Source: Planctomycetota bacterium
Lineage (GTDB): Bacteria > Planctomycetota > UBA1135 > UBA2386
Length of the DNA: 64,000 nucleotides
Reading direction: 5' to 3'
Assembly: GCA_965223545.1 (NCBI GenBank)
Contig: OZ245006.1
Span: 7,648,001-7,712,000 of the forward strand
Position numbers and translations under genes: made by a program. The notes under the pieces are model-generated. The model was not told the DNA's origin. It did no database searches and saw nothing but the letters and a program-made list of their open reading frames with translations. Positions within the stretch are counted from its first letter, which is position 1; each line of letters opens with the position of its first letter. Below, one piece after another: positions 1-8,816 of the stretch.

Positions 1-996
1 CTCGATGCCGGAATCCCGGTGACCAAGTGTCTCCGAATTCTCGAAGGCCAGACGCCGCAGGGACAGATGCGGCGGACGCTGGCCACCGTGCTCGAGGACG
101 TCGAGGGCGGCACCGCACTGTCGGAGGCGATGGACAAGCACCCCGGTGTCTTCGACCGCCTCTACACCAACATGGTGCGCGCTGGCGAGGCCGGCGGTGT
201 GCAGGAGGAGATCCTGAACCGCCTCGCCGGGTTCATGGAGAAGTCCGAGGAGATCAAGAGCCGGGTGCGCGGCGCGCTGGCGTATCCCGTCGTCGTGCTG
301 CTCGTCGCGGCGGTGGTCTTGCTGCTGCTGTTCATCTACGTCATCCCGCAGTTCAAGGACATCTTCATCAACCAGTTCGGCGGTCTCGAGGAGATGCCGG
401 CGCTGACTCGCTTCATCATTCGGATGGGCGAGCACCTGCAGCTGTATTGGTGGGCCTACGTCGGCGGGGTGTTGCTGCTCTACGGCATTCACCGGCTGTT
501 GGTCGCCAAGGTGCACGGCTATCGCGCCATGCGCGACCGGCTGCTGATGCGCATCCCGGTGTTCGGCGGCATGGTCAAGCGGTCGCTGGTGGCGCGCTTC
601 ACCCGCACGTTCGGCACGCTGATCCAGAGCGGCGTGCCCCACCTCGGCGCGCTGGAGATCGTCAACGGCTCGGTCAGCCACGTGCAGCTCAACAGCGCCG
701 TCGACCGGATCCATGCCAGCATCCGGGAGGGCGCTGGCATTGCGGTGCCGATGGGGGAGAGCGGGATCTTCGACGACGTGGTCGTCAACATGGTCGACGT
801 CGGCGAGCAGACCGGCGAGCTCGATCGGATGCTGGCGAAGATCGCCGACCGCTACGAGGCCGAGGTCGACCGGACCGTGGAGACCACGTTCAAGATCATC
901 GAGCCGATCCTGCTGGTCGTGCTCGCGGTGATCGTCGGCGCGATCGTCTTGGCGCTGTTCCTGCCCCTGCTCAAGATCATGGAGAAGCTGCGGTGA
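1..996 (+). CDS. pilC: Type II secretion F / PilC family inner-membrane platform protein (5' partial)
   Basis: Two T2SSF repeats (NMVRAGEAGG..LNRLA; NMVDVGEQTGELDRML) with TM segments; frame is open from base 1. Confidence 0.88.
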   Translation, partial: LDAGIPVTKCLRILEGQTPQGQMRRTLATVLEDVEGGTALSEAMDKHPGVFDRLYTNMVRAGEAGGVQEEILNRLAGFMEKSEEIKSRVRGALAYPVVVLLVAAVVLLLLFIYVIPQFKDIFINQFGGLEEMPALTRFIIRMGEHLQLYWWAYVGGVLLLYGIHRLLVAKVHGYRAMRDRLLMRIPVFGGMVKRSLVARFTRTFGTLIQSGVPHLGALEIVNGSVSHVQLNSAVDRIHASIREGAGIAVPMGESGIFDDVVVNMVDVGEQTGELDRMLAKIADRYEAEVDRTVETTFKIIEPILLVVLAVIVGAIVLALFLPLLKIMEKLR

Positions 997-1029
997 CCGC
1001 GGCGGCGCGGCCCACCTGAGGCGATCGAG

Positions 1030-2520
1030 ATGTCGCTCGCCGCGCGGTTGCTGCTGCTGATCGTTCTGCTGAACGCGGCGGTGGTGGGCGCCGTGCAGCT
1101 GGTCCTGCTGTACGGCCAGCGGCAGGCCGACGTCGCGCAGCGCGAGCTCTACCGGAGCCTTTTGTTCAAGCTGCTGGAGGACGCCTACCCGTCCGAGGAC
1201 ATCGGCGTCGGTTGGGTCCGCGAGCTGCTCGGCGTCGACAGCTTTCGCGGTGTCTTCCGCGATGTGCTGGTCGTCAGCTCGGGGTTTGCCGGCACCGTCG
1301 ACCTCAATCCCATGGGGGCCGCGCACCGACGCAGCGCGGAGTTCCCGCGCGCCGACATCGAGGCCGGCATCGCCGAGGCGTTGCGCCGGCAGGCTGCCGG
1401 GCGCGTCGAGCCGGTCGAGGCGGGCGGCGGCTTCTGTCTGGCCGTGCCGACGCGGGGCGCCGAATCGGCGGCGGCGTGGTACGTCCCGCTGCAATCGCCG
1501 AGCAGTCTGCGACTGGCTTGGTTCGCCCTGCCGGTGCTGCTGGCGACGGCGTTGACCGCGCTGCTGGGCTTCTGGATGTTGCGCCGCTTCGTCGGCCGGC
1601 CGCTCGACGGACTGGGCGCTGCCGCGGCGCGAGTCGGCGCCGGCGATGCGGGGGTCCGCGTCGAGCGGGTGTCCGGCGCGCGCGAGCTCAACGCCGTGGT
1701 CGATGCGTTCAACGTCATGGCGCAGAAAGTCGCGGGCCACACCGATGAGCTCCGCCGCGAAGTGCAGCGCGCCACCGAGGAGGCGGCGCGGCGCGAGCGC
1801 GCGTTGGTGCAGTCCTCGCGCTTGGCGGCGATGGGGACGCTCGCCGCCGGGATCGCGCACGAGATCAACAACCCGATCGGCGGCATGATGAACGCGGTGC
1901 ACCGCCTGCGCCAACGCGAGGGGTTGGACGAGCGCAGCCGCGTCTACCTCGACCTGGTGCTCGAGGGGCTCGAGCGCGTCGGTGCGATCACCCGGCGCGT
2001 GCTCGATTTCTCGCCACGGCAGATCGAGGCGGCACCGTTTCCGCTGGTCGAAGCGGTCGAGGCCGCCCTCTCACTGGTCAAGCACCGGATCGACCGGCAG
2101 CAGGTGGCGGTGTCGAGCGCGGTGCCGGCGGAACTCTACGCGATCGGAGACCGGCACGAGATCCAGCAGGTCGTGCTCAACTGCTTCCTCAATTCTCTCG
2201 ACGCGCTCGGTGGCCAGAGCCCGCCGTGCACGCTCCGAGTGCGCGGTTGGAGCGAGGGTGCCAACGTCGCGCTCGAAGTCGAAGACAACGGGCCCGGGGC
2301 CGACGCCGAGACGGTCCAGCGGGTGTTCGACCCGTTCTTCTCCGCCAAGGACCGCCCGGATGCCAGCGGCCTGGGCCTGTTCATCAGCTATTCGATCATC
2401 CGCAACCACGGAGGCGAGCTGCGGGTGAACTCGCGGCCGGGCGAGGGATTCACCGTCCGCCTGGTCCTGCCGGCGGCCCCGCCGCCGGAATTGCTGGATC
2501 GGCGTGGTGGCGAGGTATAG
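1030..2520 (+). CDS. Membrane sensor histidine kinase (HAMP-HisKA-HATPase)
   Basis: H-box LAAGIAHEINNP, DNGPG, FDPFFS, GLGL; two TM segments. Confidence 0.92.
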   Translation: MSLAARLLLLIVLLNAAVVGAVQLVLLYGQRQADVAQRELYRSLLFKLLEDAYPSEDIGVGWVRELLGVDSFRGVFRDVLVVSSGFAGTVDLNPMGAAHRRSAEFPRADIEAGIAEALRRQAAGRVEPVEAGGGFCLAVPTRGAESAAAWYVPLQSPSSLRLAWFALPVLLATALTALLGFWMLRRFVGRPLDGLGAAAARVGAGDAGVRVERVSGARELNAVVDAFNVMAQKVAGHTDELRREVQRATEEAARRERALVQSSRLAAMGTLAAGIAHEINNPIGGMMNAVHRLRQREGLDERSRVYLDLVLEGLERVGAITRRVLDFSPRQIEAAPFPLVEAVEAALSLVKHRIDRQQVAVSSAVPAELYAIGDRHEIQQVVLNCFLNSLDALGGQSPPCTLRVRGWSEGANVALEVEDNGPGADAETVQRVFDPFFSAKDRPDASGLGLFISYSIIRNHGGELRVNSRPGEGFTVRLVLPAAPPPELLDRRGGEV

Positions 2521-2564
2521 TGCCCGCCGCCCCGACAGCAGATTCGACCCGCGTGCACAAGACC

Positions 2565-3146
2565 ATGACTGCGACCTTCACCCACGGATTGATCGTCGGC
2601 GGCTTGATCGCCGGTGCGTTCGCCGCTGGCCTTTGCCTGGCTCCGGAGGCGGGTGTCCTCAGCGCGGCGGAGCGGCCGGCGTTGGTGCTGCCCCAGGGGC
2701 GGGGCACGCCGACGGTGTCGCCGCCGCCGACGACCTCGACTCCCATCGATCCGACCGCCGCTGCCGCCGATGCGCCGGCACCATTGGTGTACGGCGGAGA
2801 CGCGGGGCAATCGGCCGCCGCCAACGGCTTCATCGCGGTGACCGGCAGCTACGGCGTCGGCACCTCGGTGCTCTACGTCCTCGATACCGACGGGCGCCAG
2901 CTGGCGGTGTACGAGGCACGCGGCGGCTCGGCCAACACCCGGCGGTTGGTGTTCGTCGGCGCGCGGCGGATCGATCTGGACTTGCAGCTGCACGCCTACA
3001 ACGACAAGTCGGAGTACACCTACGACGACCTCGCGCGCGAGTTCGAGCGACGCGGTCGATCGGCCGATGGCAGCGGCCAGGGCGCGCCGGCGGCCGAGAC
3101 CGGCGCCGACGCCGTCAAAGCCGGCGAGACAGCCGGCGGCAAATGA
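2565..3146 (+). CDS. Hypothetical exported protein
   Basis: N-terminal hydrophobic segment, Pro/Thr linker, globular core (SVLYVLDT..LAVY); host-like codon usage; start chosen at ATG 2565. Confidence 0.6.
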   Translation: MTATFTHGLIVGGLIAGAFAAGLCLAPEAGVLSAAERPALVLPQGRGTPTVSPPPTTSTPIDPTAAAADAPAPLVYGGDAGQSAAANGFIAVTGSYGVGTSVLYVLDTDGRQLAVYEARGGSANTRRLVFVGARRIDLDLQLHAYNDKSEYTYDDLAREFERRGRSADGSGQGAPAAETGADAVKAGETAGGK

Positions 3147-3212
3147 TCTACAATTCTGTCCGTCCCCTTCGTTTCCGCGGCTCGTCCCCGAGCTGACCCT
3201 GTGGAGGTATCC

Positions 3213-3701
3213 GTGCCCGACCCCAATGAGGATTTCGTCTCGTTCGAGAAGGCTCTGCGCGATCTGAAGATGCAGAGCGAGGAGCTCAAGAAGCTGGTCT
3301 CCGAAGGCGAGATCCGCGCGTTCCGCGATGGCCAGTCGATGAAGTTCAAGCGCGAGGACATCGAGTCGCTCGCCGACCGAAACGAAGACGAGTTGGTGTT
3401 CGCCGACTCCCTCGAGGACGACACCGGCATGGTGACCGAGGAGCTCTCCGACGAGGAGACCCTGCTCGCCGAGGATGACCTCGAAGAGGAAGAGCCGGTG
3501 CGCCGCACGGCCGCGGCCGCCGCGCCTGCCCGCAGCCGCGCCCGCGCCGTCGAGGTCGAAGAAGAGACCAAGGAGCCCGCTTGGGTCACCGGCATCGCGA
3601 TCGTCGGCGCGATCATCGCCCTCTACGGCTTCATCGTGATCTACTCGATCGCCGCCGAGGCGCCCCCGAGCGGACTCACGTCCCTCTTCGCCAAGAGCTA
3701 G
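3213..3701 (+). CDS. Excisionase/MerR-like HTH protein with acidic linker and C-terminal TM helix
   Basis: GGAGG RBS before GTG 3213; LKKLVSEGEIRAFRDGQSMKFKREDI resembles HTH_17; hydrophobic C-terminus. Confidence 0.65.
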   Translation: MPDPNEDFVSFEKALRDLKMQSEELKKLVSEGEIRAFRDGQSMKFKREDIESLADRNEDELVFADSLEDDTGMVTEELSDEETLLAEDDLEEEEPVRRTAAAAAPARSRARAVEVEEETKEPAWVTGIAIVGAIIALYGFIVIYSIAAEAPPSGLTSLFAKS

Positions 3702-3818
3702 CGCCCGCGCCCGGGAACCGTACGGAGTCAGGCTCGATTTTCTCGGCGCACGTACGGAGCCAGGCTCCGATTCATCACACGGCGCCGCCGGGTGATGAAT
3801 CGGAGCCTGACCTGAAAC

Positions 3819-5201
3819 TCACCCAGCCTCGGCGATCGGTATGAGCTTGTACCCGAGGGATTTAGCGTTCTGTCGGAGTCCGACGATGCGTCGCTGGGTG
3901 AAGCGCTCCTCGTAGGCCTTGGCGCCTTCGTCTACGTAGTCCTGGCCGAACTTCAGCATGCGGTAGATGAGCAGGGCCAGTTTGCGGGCGATGGCAAAGA
4001 TGGCGACGTTGCCGTCCTTCGCGCGGGCGATCTTGCGGAAGTGTGCGCCGAGAGCTGTCTGAGTACGTTGGAGGGACAGGGCGGCCATCCGGAGGACCGT
4101 GGCGATCCTGCTGACCGCGATGTTGTTGCGGTGCTTCTTGATGCGCTTTCCACCCGAGACGGCTTGACGTGGGCACAGGCGTAGCCAGGAGACGAAGTGC
4201 TTCTCGGTCGGGAAAGCATCGAGGTCGTAGCCGACCTCGGTGAGCACGATCATGGCCGTGCTCGGGCTGATACCGTCGATTCGCGTGAGATCACACCCGA
4301 CGAGCCGGCAGAGGGCATCGCGAAGCTCCCGGCCGCCCTTCGTTCGGATGCTCCTCTCCTTGCGGGGGTCTGGATGCTCGGGGACGTCGGCCGTCTTGGC
4401 TTCCTCCGGTTGCAGGTCCTCGATCATCGCCATCAATCGCTTCTCGACCGACTCGATCTCGTGGTCGGTGTGCTCGAGCATCCGCAAGCCCGAAGCGAGA
4501 GTGAAGATGTGCTCCTCGATCCAGGTCCCTTGCAAGTGATCCGCGAGCTCCTTCTCGGAGATCTTGCAGCGCGGATCACGCAGTCTGGCGAGCGCTCGAG
4601 GGTCGCGTTCACCAGCGAGAATCGCGCGGATGATCGCGAGGCCGGTCTTGCCGGTGATGTCCGTTACCGCGCGATGGATCGCCACGTTCATCTGATCCAG
4701 TGACCGCTGCATCAACTGCGTGTGGCGCGTGCGCTGCGCGATCAAAGACGCGGCATGGCGTTGCAGGGTCCGCAACGCACAGATGTCCTTCGGAGGCCGG
4801 AACGAAGCGCGAATGAGGCCATAGGTGTGTAGCTTCTGCAGCCAACTGCAATCGCTGGCATCGGACTTGGAGCGGCCCGGCACGTTCTTCACCTCGCGGG
4901 CATTCGCGAGGATGACCTCGAAGCCTCTCGACTCGAGTAGCTCGTAGACGGGAATCCAGTAGACATAGGTGCTCTCCATCGCGACGGATCGCACTCCGAG
5001 CTCCTCCAGCCAGTCCGCGAGCGCCTCTAGCTGGGGCGTCGTCGTTCCGAATCGCTTGATCGGACGACTGCCGTCGGGTGCTGCTGCGCACACCCAGTGC
5101 TCGCGGCTGCCGATGTCGATTCCGGCGGCGTTGGGCTTCACGACTGGCAATACTTCCGCTGCGGGCTTCTTGCCCTTCCTCGTTCTGCTCTTCCCAGCCA
5201 T
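3819..5201 (-). CDS. IS110-family DEDD recombinase/transposase
   Basis: GIDIGS, AMESTYVYW, KSDASD (DEDD RuvC-like), TRIDGIS, C-terminal SGGK serine loop, AIARKLA. Confidence 0.95.
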   Translation of the reverse strand: MAGKSRTRKGKKPAAEVLPVVKPNAAGIDIGSREHWVCAAAPDGSRPIKRFGTTTPQLEALADWLEELGVRSVAMESTYVYWIPVYELLESRGFEVILANAREVKNVPGRSKSDASDCSWLQKLHTYGLIRASFRPPKDICALRTLQRHAASLIAQRTRHTQLMQRSLDQMNVAIHRAVTDITGKTGLAIIRAILAGERDPRALARLRDPRCKISEKELADHLQGTWIEEHIFTLASGLRMLEHTDHEIESVEKRLMAMIEDLQPEEAKTADVPEHPDPRKERSIRTKGGRELRDALCRLVGCDLTRIDGISPSTAMIVLTEVGYDLDAFPTEKHFVSWLRLCPRQAVSGGKRIKKHRNNIAVSRIATVLRMAALSLQRTQTALGAHFRKIARAKDGNVAIFAIARKLALLIYRMLKFGQDYVDEGAKAYEERFTQRRIVGLRQNAKSLGYKLIPIAEAG

Positions 5202-5204
5202 ACT

Positions 5205-5451
5205 TCATCCTCATTGTTGTGGTGGGCCCGGCCCGAGGCGGCGATCAAACGAATCTGACCTGCGGGAGTGGGCACGGCGACGTGCCCCTCACCAGTGAAG
5301 GATGGCCAACTCGGACCCAGACTGGCTCTGGGGCAAACGTGCTCCAGTGGCTATTGGGGGCGTAGCTGCCGGGCCCCTCACACGTTCCCCTCCCCCTTCC
5401 TCAGCGGCTAGTTTCCTGCCCTGAAGGGCCGACAAATCTGCCGGGGCAGGA
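5205..5451 (-). ncRNA. Candidate IS110 bridge RNA in the 5' non-coding end
   Basis: About 250 nt non-coding with several stem-loops; contains GAGCCAG (target left + core) followed by CAGGTCAG (donor left + core); RNA limits approximate. Confidence 0.6.
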
Positions 5452-5614
5452 CTGGCTCCGTACGTGCGCCGAGAAAATCGAGCCTGACTCCGTACGCACT
5501 ACGTTGACGGCGCTCGGTGGTCGCGCCAGACTGGGCCCCTGCCCGCGTCGATCTCGGTCTGTCGGCCGCGGCGCGAACAGCAGCTACGTTCGACACCTTT
5601 TGCCGGAGGGGGCC

Positions 5615-6286
5615 ATGCACCGTGTGTCCATCATCGCTGTCGCGATGCTCGCCATGTCACTCCACAGCTGCGTCAGCCCGGAGGCGCACCGCCAGCTGAT
5701 CGCCGCCAACGAGGCGCTGCGGGGGCAGATCGGCGATCTCGAGGCCTACCACCGCCAACTCGAAGAGGAGAACCGCAGGTTGGGTGGCGAGGTCGACCGG
5801 CTGGGTCGCAACGCGGTCGACGCCGCGCATTTGCGGCAGCAGAAGGAGGAGCTGGCCCGCTTGATCGAGCAGTTCCAGAACGGCGGCGGCCGCAACCTAC
5901 AGGGCGTGACGGTGCGCGAGACCGCCGAGGGTGTCGTCTTCGAGTTGCAGGGCGAGGTCCTGTTCAGCTCCGGCCAGGCGACGATCACCGAGTCGGGCCA
6001 GGGCGTGCTCGGCCAGCTGGTGCCGATCCTGCGCGAGCACCGGCACGCCGTGCGGATCGATGGCCACACGGACTCCGATCCCATCCGCCGCAGCCAGTGG
6101 CGCACCAACCTGCGCCTGTCGGCCGAACGCTCGATCGCCGTCGTCGAGTACCTGATCTCCAGCGGCGTCGATCCGGCGCAGCTGCACGTCTCGGCCTTCG
6201 GCGAGCACCGCCCGGCGGTGGCCGGAACCGACGACGCGTCCAAGAGCCGCAATCGGCGCGTCGAGATCATGATGCTGCGGCAATAG
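5615..6286 (+). CDS. OmpA/MotB-domain lipoprotein with coiled coil
   Basis: Lipobox-like LHSC, VLFSSG, IDGHTD, NLRLSAERS, NRRVEI. Confidence 0.88.
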   Translation: MHRVSIIAVAMLAMSLHSCVSPEAHRQLIAANEALRGQIGDLEAYHRQLEEENRRLGGEVDRLGRNAVDAAHLRQQKEELARLIEQFQNGGGRNLQGVTVRETAEGVVFELQGEVLFSSGQATITESGQGVLGQLVPILREHRHAVRIDGHTDSDPIRRSQWRTNLRLSAERSIAVVEYLISSGVDPAQLHVSAFGEHRPAVAGTDDASKSRNRRVEIMMLRQ

Positions 6287-6290
6287 CGCG

Positions 6291-7652
6291 ATGGCGCCGG
6301 CCAGCGTCGGGGCCGAGCAGGGGGGCCGGGCGCGAGGGCCGCGCTGCGCGATCGCCGCGGCGGGGTTGCTGGCCGCCGCGTGCGCGCCGGCCGAGGACGC
6401 CGTGCCGCGCTGGTCCCGCTACGGAGTGTTCCGCGACCTCGTCCGGTTCGACGGCCGGGCGCACGGGCTCGGCGTGTTCTTCCTGGACCGGTTCGAGACC
6501 ACCCGGCGCGACTGGTGGACGTTCTCCATGGCGCGCGGCGACGACGACGCGCTGCCGTCCATCGATCGGCCGTGGCAGGTCGACGACGGACTGCCCGCGA
6601 CCCAGGTCGACCTGCGCCGCGCCCGTGAGTTCGCGCGCTGGCGGTTCTGCCGGCTGCCGCGGATCGAGGAGTGGCGCTTCGCGGCGACCAGCGGCGGGCT
6701 CTACGCCTATCCGTGGGGCAACCGGTTCCGGGTCGAATGGGTGAACAGCGGCGAGCTCGGCCTGGATGGTCCGGTGCCGGTGGGCACGTTCGAGTCCGGC
6801 CGCGACGCCGACGATCGCGCTCCGTACGACCTGCTCGGCAACGTGGCGGAATGGACCGAATCGGTGGGGGGCCGCTGGTTCGGCGGCGCTGGCTCGGCGC
6901 TCGGCGCGACCGTGTGGTGGCCCCGCTACGCGCGCGGCGTGGTCTTGGTGCGGGCGGTGCCGGCGATGGCGGCGTGGGCGTTCGACGGTCTGCCGCCGCC
7001 GCGCGCCTTCATGGACCAGGGGCTCAAGCCGGTGCGGGCGTCGGAGGATCCGCGCGCGCTCGGCGTCTGGTGGCGCCGGTCGGCGGCGCTCTCCCGGGTC
7101 GCCGCTGCACGCGTCTGGCTTCCCAGCGGACTGCCCGCGCCCGCGGCCTGGATGCTGTTGGCGGCGGTGTCGCCGGAAGAGCCCGTGGTCGAGCCCGACG
7201 ACGTCCCCGGCGCCGGGGCCCTGTTGGAGTTGCAACGCCGCGTCGACCTGTGGCGCCAATTGCGGGGCACGGCGGCGGTCGAGATCTGGCGCCAGCCGGG
7301 GGTGCCGCCGCCGGCGGTGTGGGCGATGGCGAGCTGGGGCGGGGCCCTGCCGCGGCTGGTGGTCGGTGGCCACTTCCGCGCGCTGGTGCGCGATCGCCGC
7401 AGTTGGTCGGTGGAGCGCGCGCCCGGCGAGCGCGGCGACACCCTGGGCGTGCGGGTCGCGACCGATCCGCTGGCGCTGCTGTGCACCTTGCTGGCCGAGC
7501 CGGAGGCGCCGACGGCGGCCGAGGAACGCCAGCTGCGCGGTTTCCTCGCCGCGCACCGGGACGTGTTGGCGCCGCGGCTGGCGCAGGCGCTGCAACGGGT
7601 CGCGGTGCACGGGCCGCTGCGGGGCACGGTCACCGGGGTGCTCGGCGGATGA
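6291..7652 (+). CDS. FGE-sulfatase (SUMF1-like) domain protein
   Basis: RLPRIEEWRFAA, YPWG, YDLLGNVAEW, GVRVA. Confidence 0.75.
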   Translation: MAPASVGAEQGGRARGPRCAIAAAGLLAAACAPAEDAVPRWSRYGVFRDLVRFDGRAHGLGVFFLDRFETTRRDWWTFSMARGDDDALPSIDRPWQVDDGLPATQVDLRRAREFARWRFCRLPRIEEWRFAATSGGLYAYPWGNRFRVEWVNSGELGLDGPVPVGTFESGRDADDRAPYDLLGNVAEWTESVGGRWFGGAGSALGATVWWPRYARGVVLVRAVPAMAAWAFDGLPPPRAFMDQGLKPVRASEDPRALGVWWRRSAALSRVAAARVWLPSGLPAPAAWMLLAAVSPEEPVVEPDDVPGAGALLELQRRVDLWRQLRGTAAVEIWRQPGVPPPAVWAMASWGGALPRLVVGGHFRALVRDRRSWSVERAPGERGDTLGVRVATDPLALLCTLLAEPEAPTAAEERQLRGFLAAHRDVLAPRLAQALQRVAVHGPLRGTVTGVLGG

Positions 7653-8545
7653 GCGAAGACGGGGCGCGGTCGCCATTTGCGCACTATCTCGAGCAGATGC
7701 GACAGCGCGGCTTCCACCCCAGCCGCCGCCTCGGCCAGAACTTCCTGCTCGACCCCAGCCTGCACGACTGCATCGCCACGCTCGCCGGGCTGTGCCGCGA
7801 TGACGTCGCGCTCGAAGTCGGCGCCGGCCTCGGCTTTCTGACGCGCGCGCTCCTGGCGCGCGCGGATCGGGTGGTCGCGGTCGAGATCGACCGCCGCCTG
7901 CTGGAGATTCTGCGGGCCGAGCGCCCGCGGATGCCCGGCGGGGGCCAAGGGCTGCACCTGGTTGCGGCCGATGCGCTGCACGGCGGGCGGATCAGCGCCG
8001 AAGTCGAAGCCGCCGTGACGGCGGCGCTGAGTGGCGGGCGCCGCTTGGTGCTCGCCGCCAACCTGCCCTACGCGATCGCCGGCCCGCTGCTCGCCGAGCT
8101 GTGCGCCCTTCCGCAGCCGCCCGCCCGCGGTGCCGTGCTGGTCCAGCTGGAGTTGGCCGAGCGCCTGTGCTCGGCGCCGGGCAGCGCCGCCTACGGCGCC
8201 CTGTCGGCGGTCGTGCAGGCGCTGTATGCGTGCCGGTTGGAGCGGCGCGTCGGCCGCAACGTGTTTCGCCCAAGGCCGCGCGTCGACTCGGCGATCTGCG
8301 AGCTGGCACCGGCGCCAGCCGCCCCGCTCGCCGGCGCGGCGGCCACCGAGCGGCGGAGCTACGCGGGCTTCGTGCGGCAGTTGTTTTCCCAGCGTCGGAA
8401 GACGCTGCGCAACGCCCTGCGCACCGCGACCGTGGCGGCCGGGCTCGAAATGCCGGCCCTGTCGGAGGATCTCGCCGCGCGCCGGGCGGTGGAGCTGGGG
8501 GCGGCCGATCTTGTGGCGTTGTGGCGCCGGGCCCGGGGCTCGTGA
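7649..8545 (+). CDS. rsmA: 16S rRNA adenine dimethyltransferase
   Basis: LGQNFL, EVGAGLG, ANLPY, FRPRPRVDS, FSQRRKTLRN. Confidence 0.93.
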   Translation: MSEDGARSPFAHYLEQMRQRGFHPSRRLGQNFLLDPSLHDCIATLAGLCRDDVALEVGAGLGFLTRALLARADRVVAVEIDRRLLEILRAERPRMPGGGQGLHLVAADALHGGRISAEVEAAVTAALSGGRRLVLAANLPYAIAGPLLAELCALPQPPARGAVLVQLELAERLCSAPGSAAYGALSAVVQALYACRLERRVGRNVFRPRPRVDSAICELAPAPAAPLAGAAATERRSYAGFVRQLFSQRRKTLRNALRTATVAAGLEMPALSEDLAARRAVELGAADLVALWRRARGS

Positions 8546-8612
8546 GCGCCACCGCGCGGGTGGTTGCGCCCGGGGGCCCCGGGGGCCGGGCCGTCTGCGC
8601 CGTCGGATTGCC

Positions 8613-8640
8613 TTGACCAACTCCGCTGCCGGACTACACT
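8613..8640 (+). promoter_or_regulatory. Sigma70-like promoter upstream of dnaG
   Basis: TTGACC-N16-TACACT in an otherwise very GC-rich intergenic region. Confidence 0.55.
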
Positions 8641-8816
8641 TGTGAGGTTTATCGGATCGTTCTGATAAACCCGTCAGCACCGACGGTCCGGCTGGGCGAA
8701 GGTCGAGGGGCGGCGCGCCACGCGCCACTCGACCGCTTCTGGCGGGCGCCGAGCACGATTCCCCACGGCTCGGAAGTCGGGCGGGCGCGCACACGGGCCC
8801 CGGTGTCCCTCCCCCG

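Larger units (their letters stand above)
3807..5454 (-). mobile_element. IS110-family element with CAG core at both ends
   Basis: Boundaries deduced from the intact palindrome arm (empty site GGAGC-CAG-GCTCC); CTG on + at 3807-3809 and 5452-5454; no long terminal IRs. Confidence 0.85.
3719..5496. repeat. Perfect 60-bp-arm palindrome (REP/REPIN-like); right arm split by IS110
   Basis: 3719-3778 is the exact reverse complement of 3792-3809 joined to 5455-5496; 13-nt loop at 3779-3791. Confidence 0.9.

Noticed and set aside
3719..3810. Possible CRISPR-like repeats
   Set aside because: Only two units per arm, inverted, with no spacers or cas genes; better explained as a REP-like palindrome
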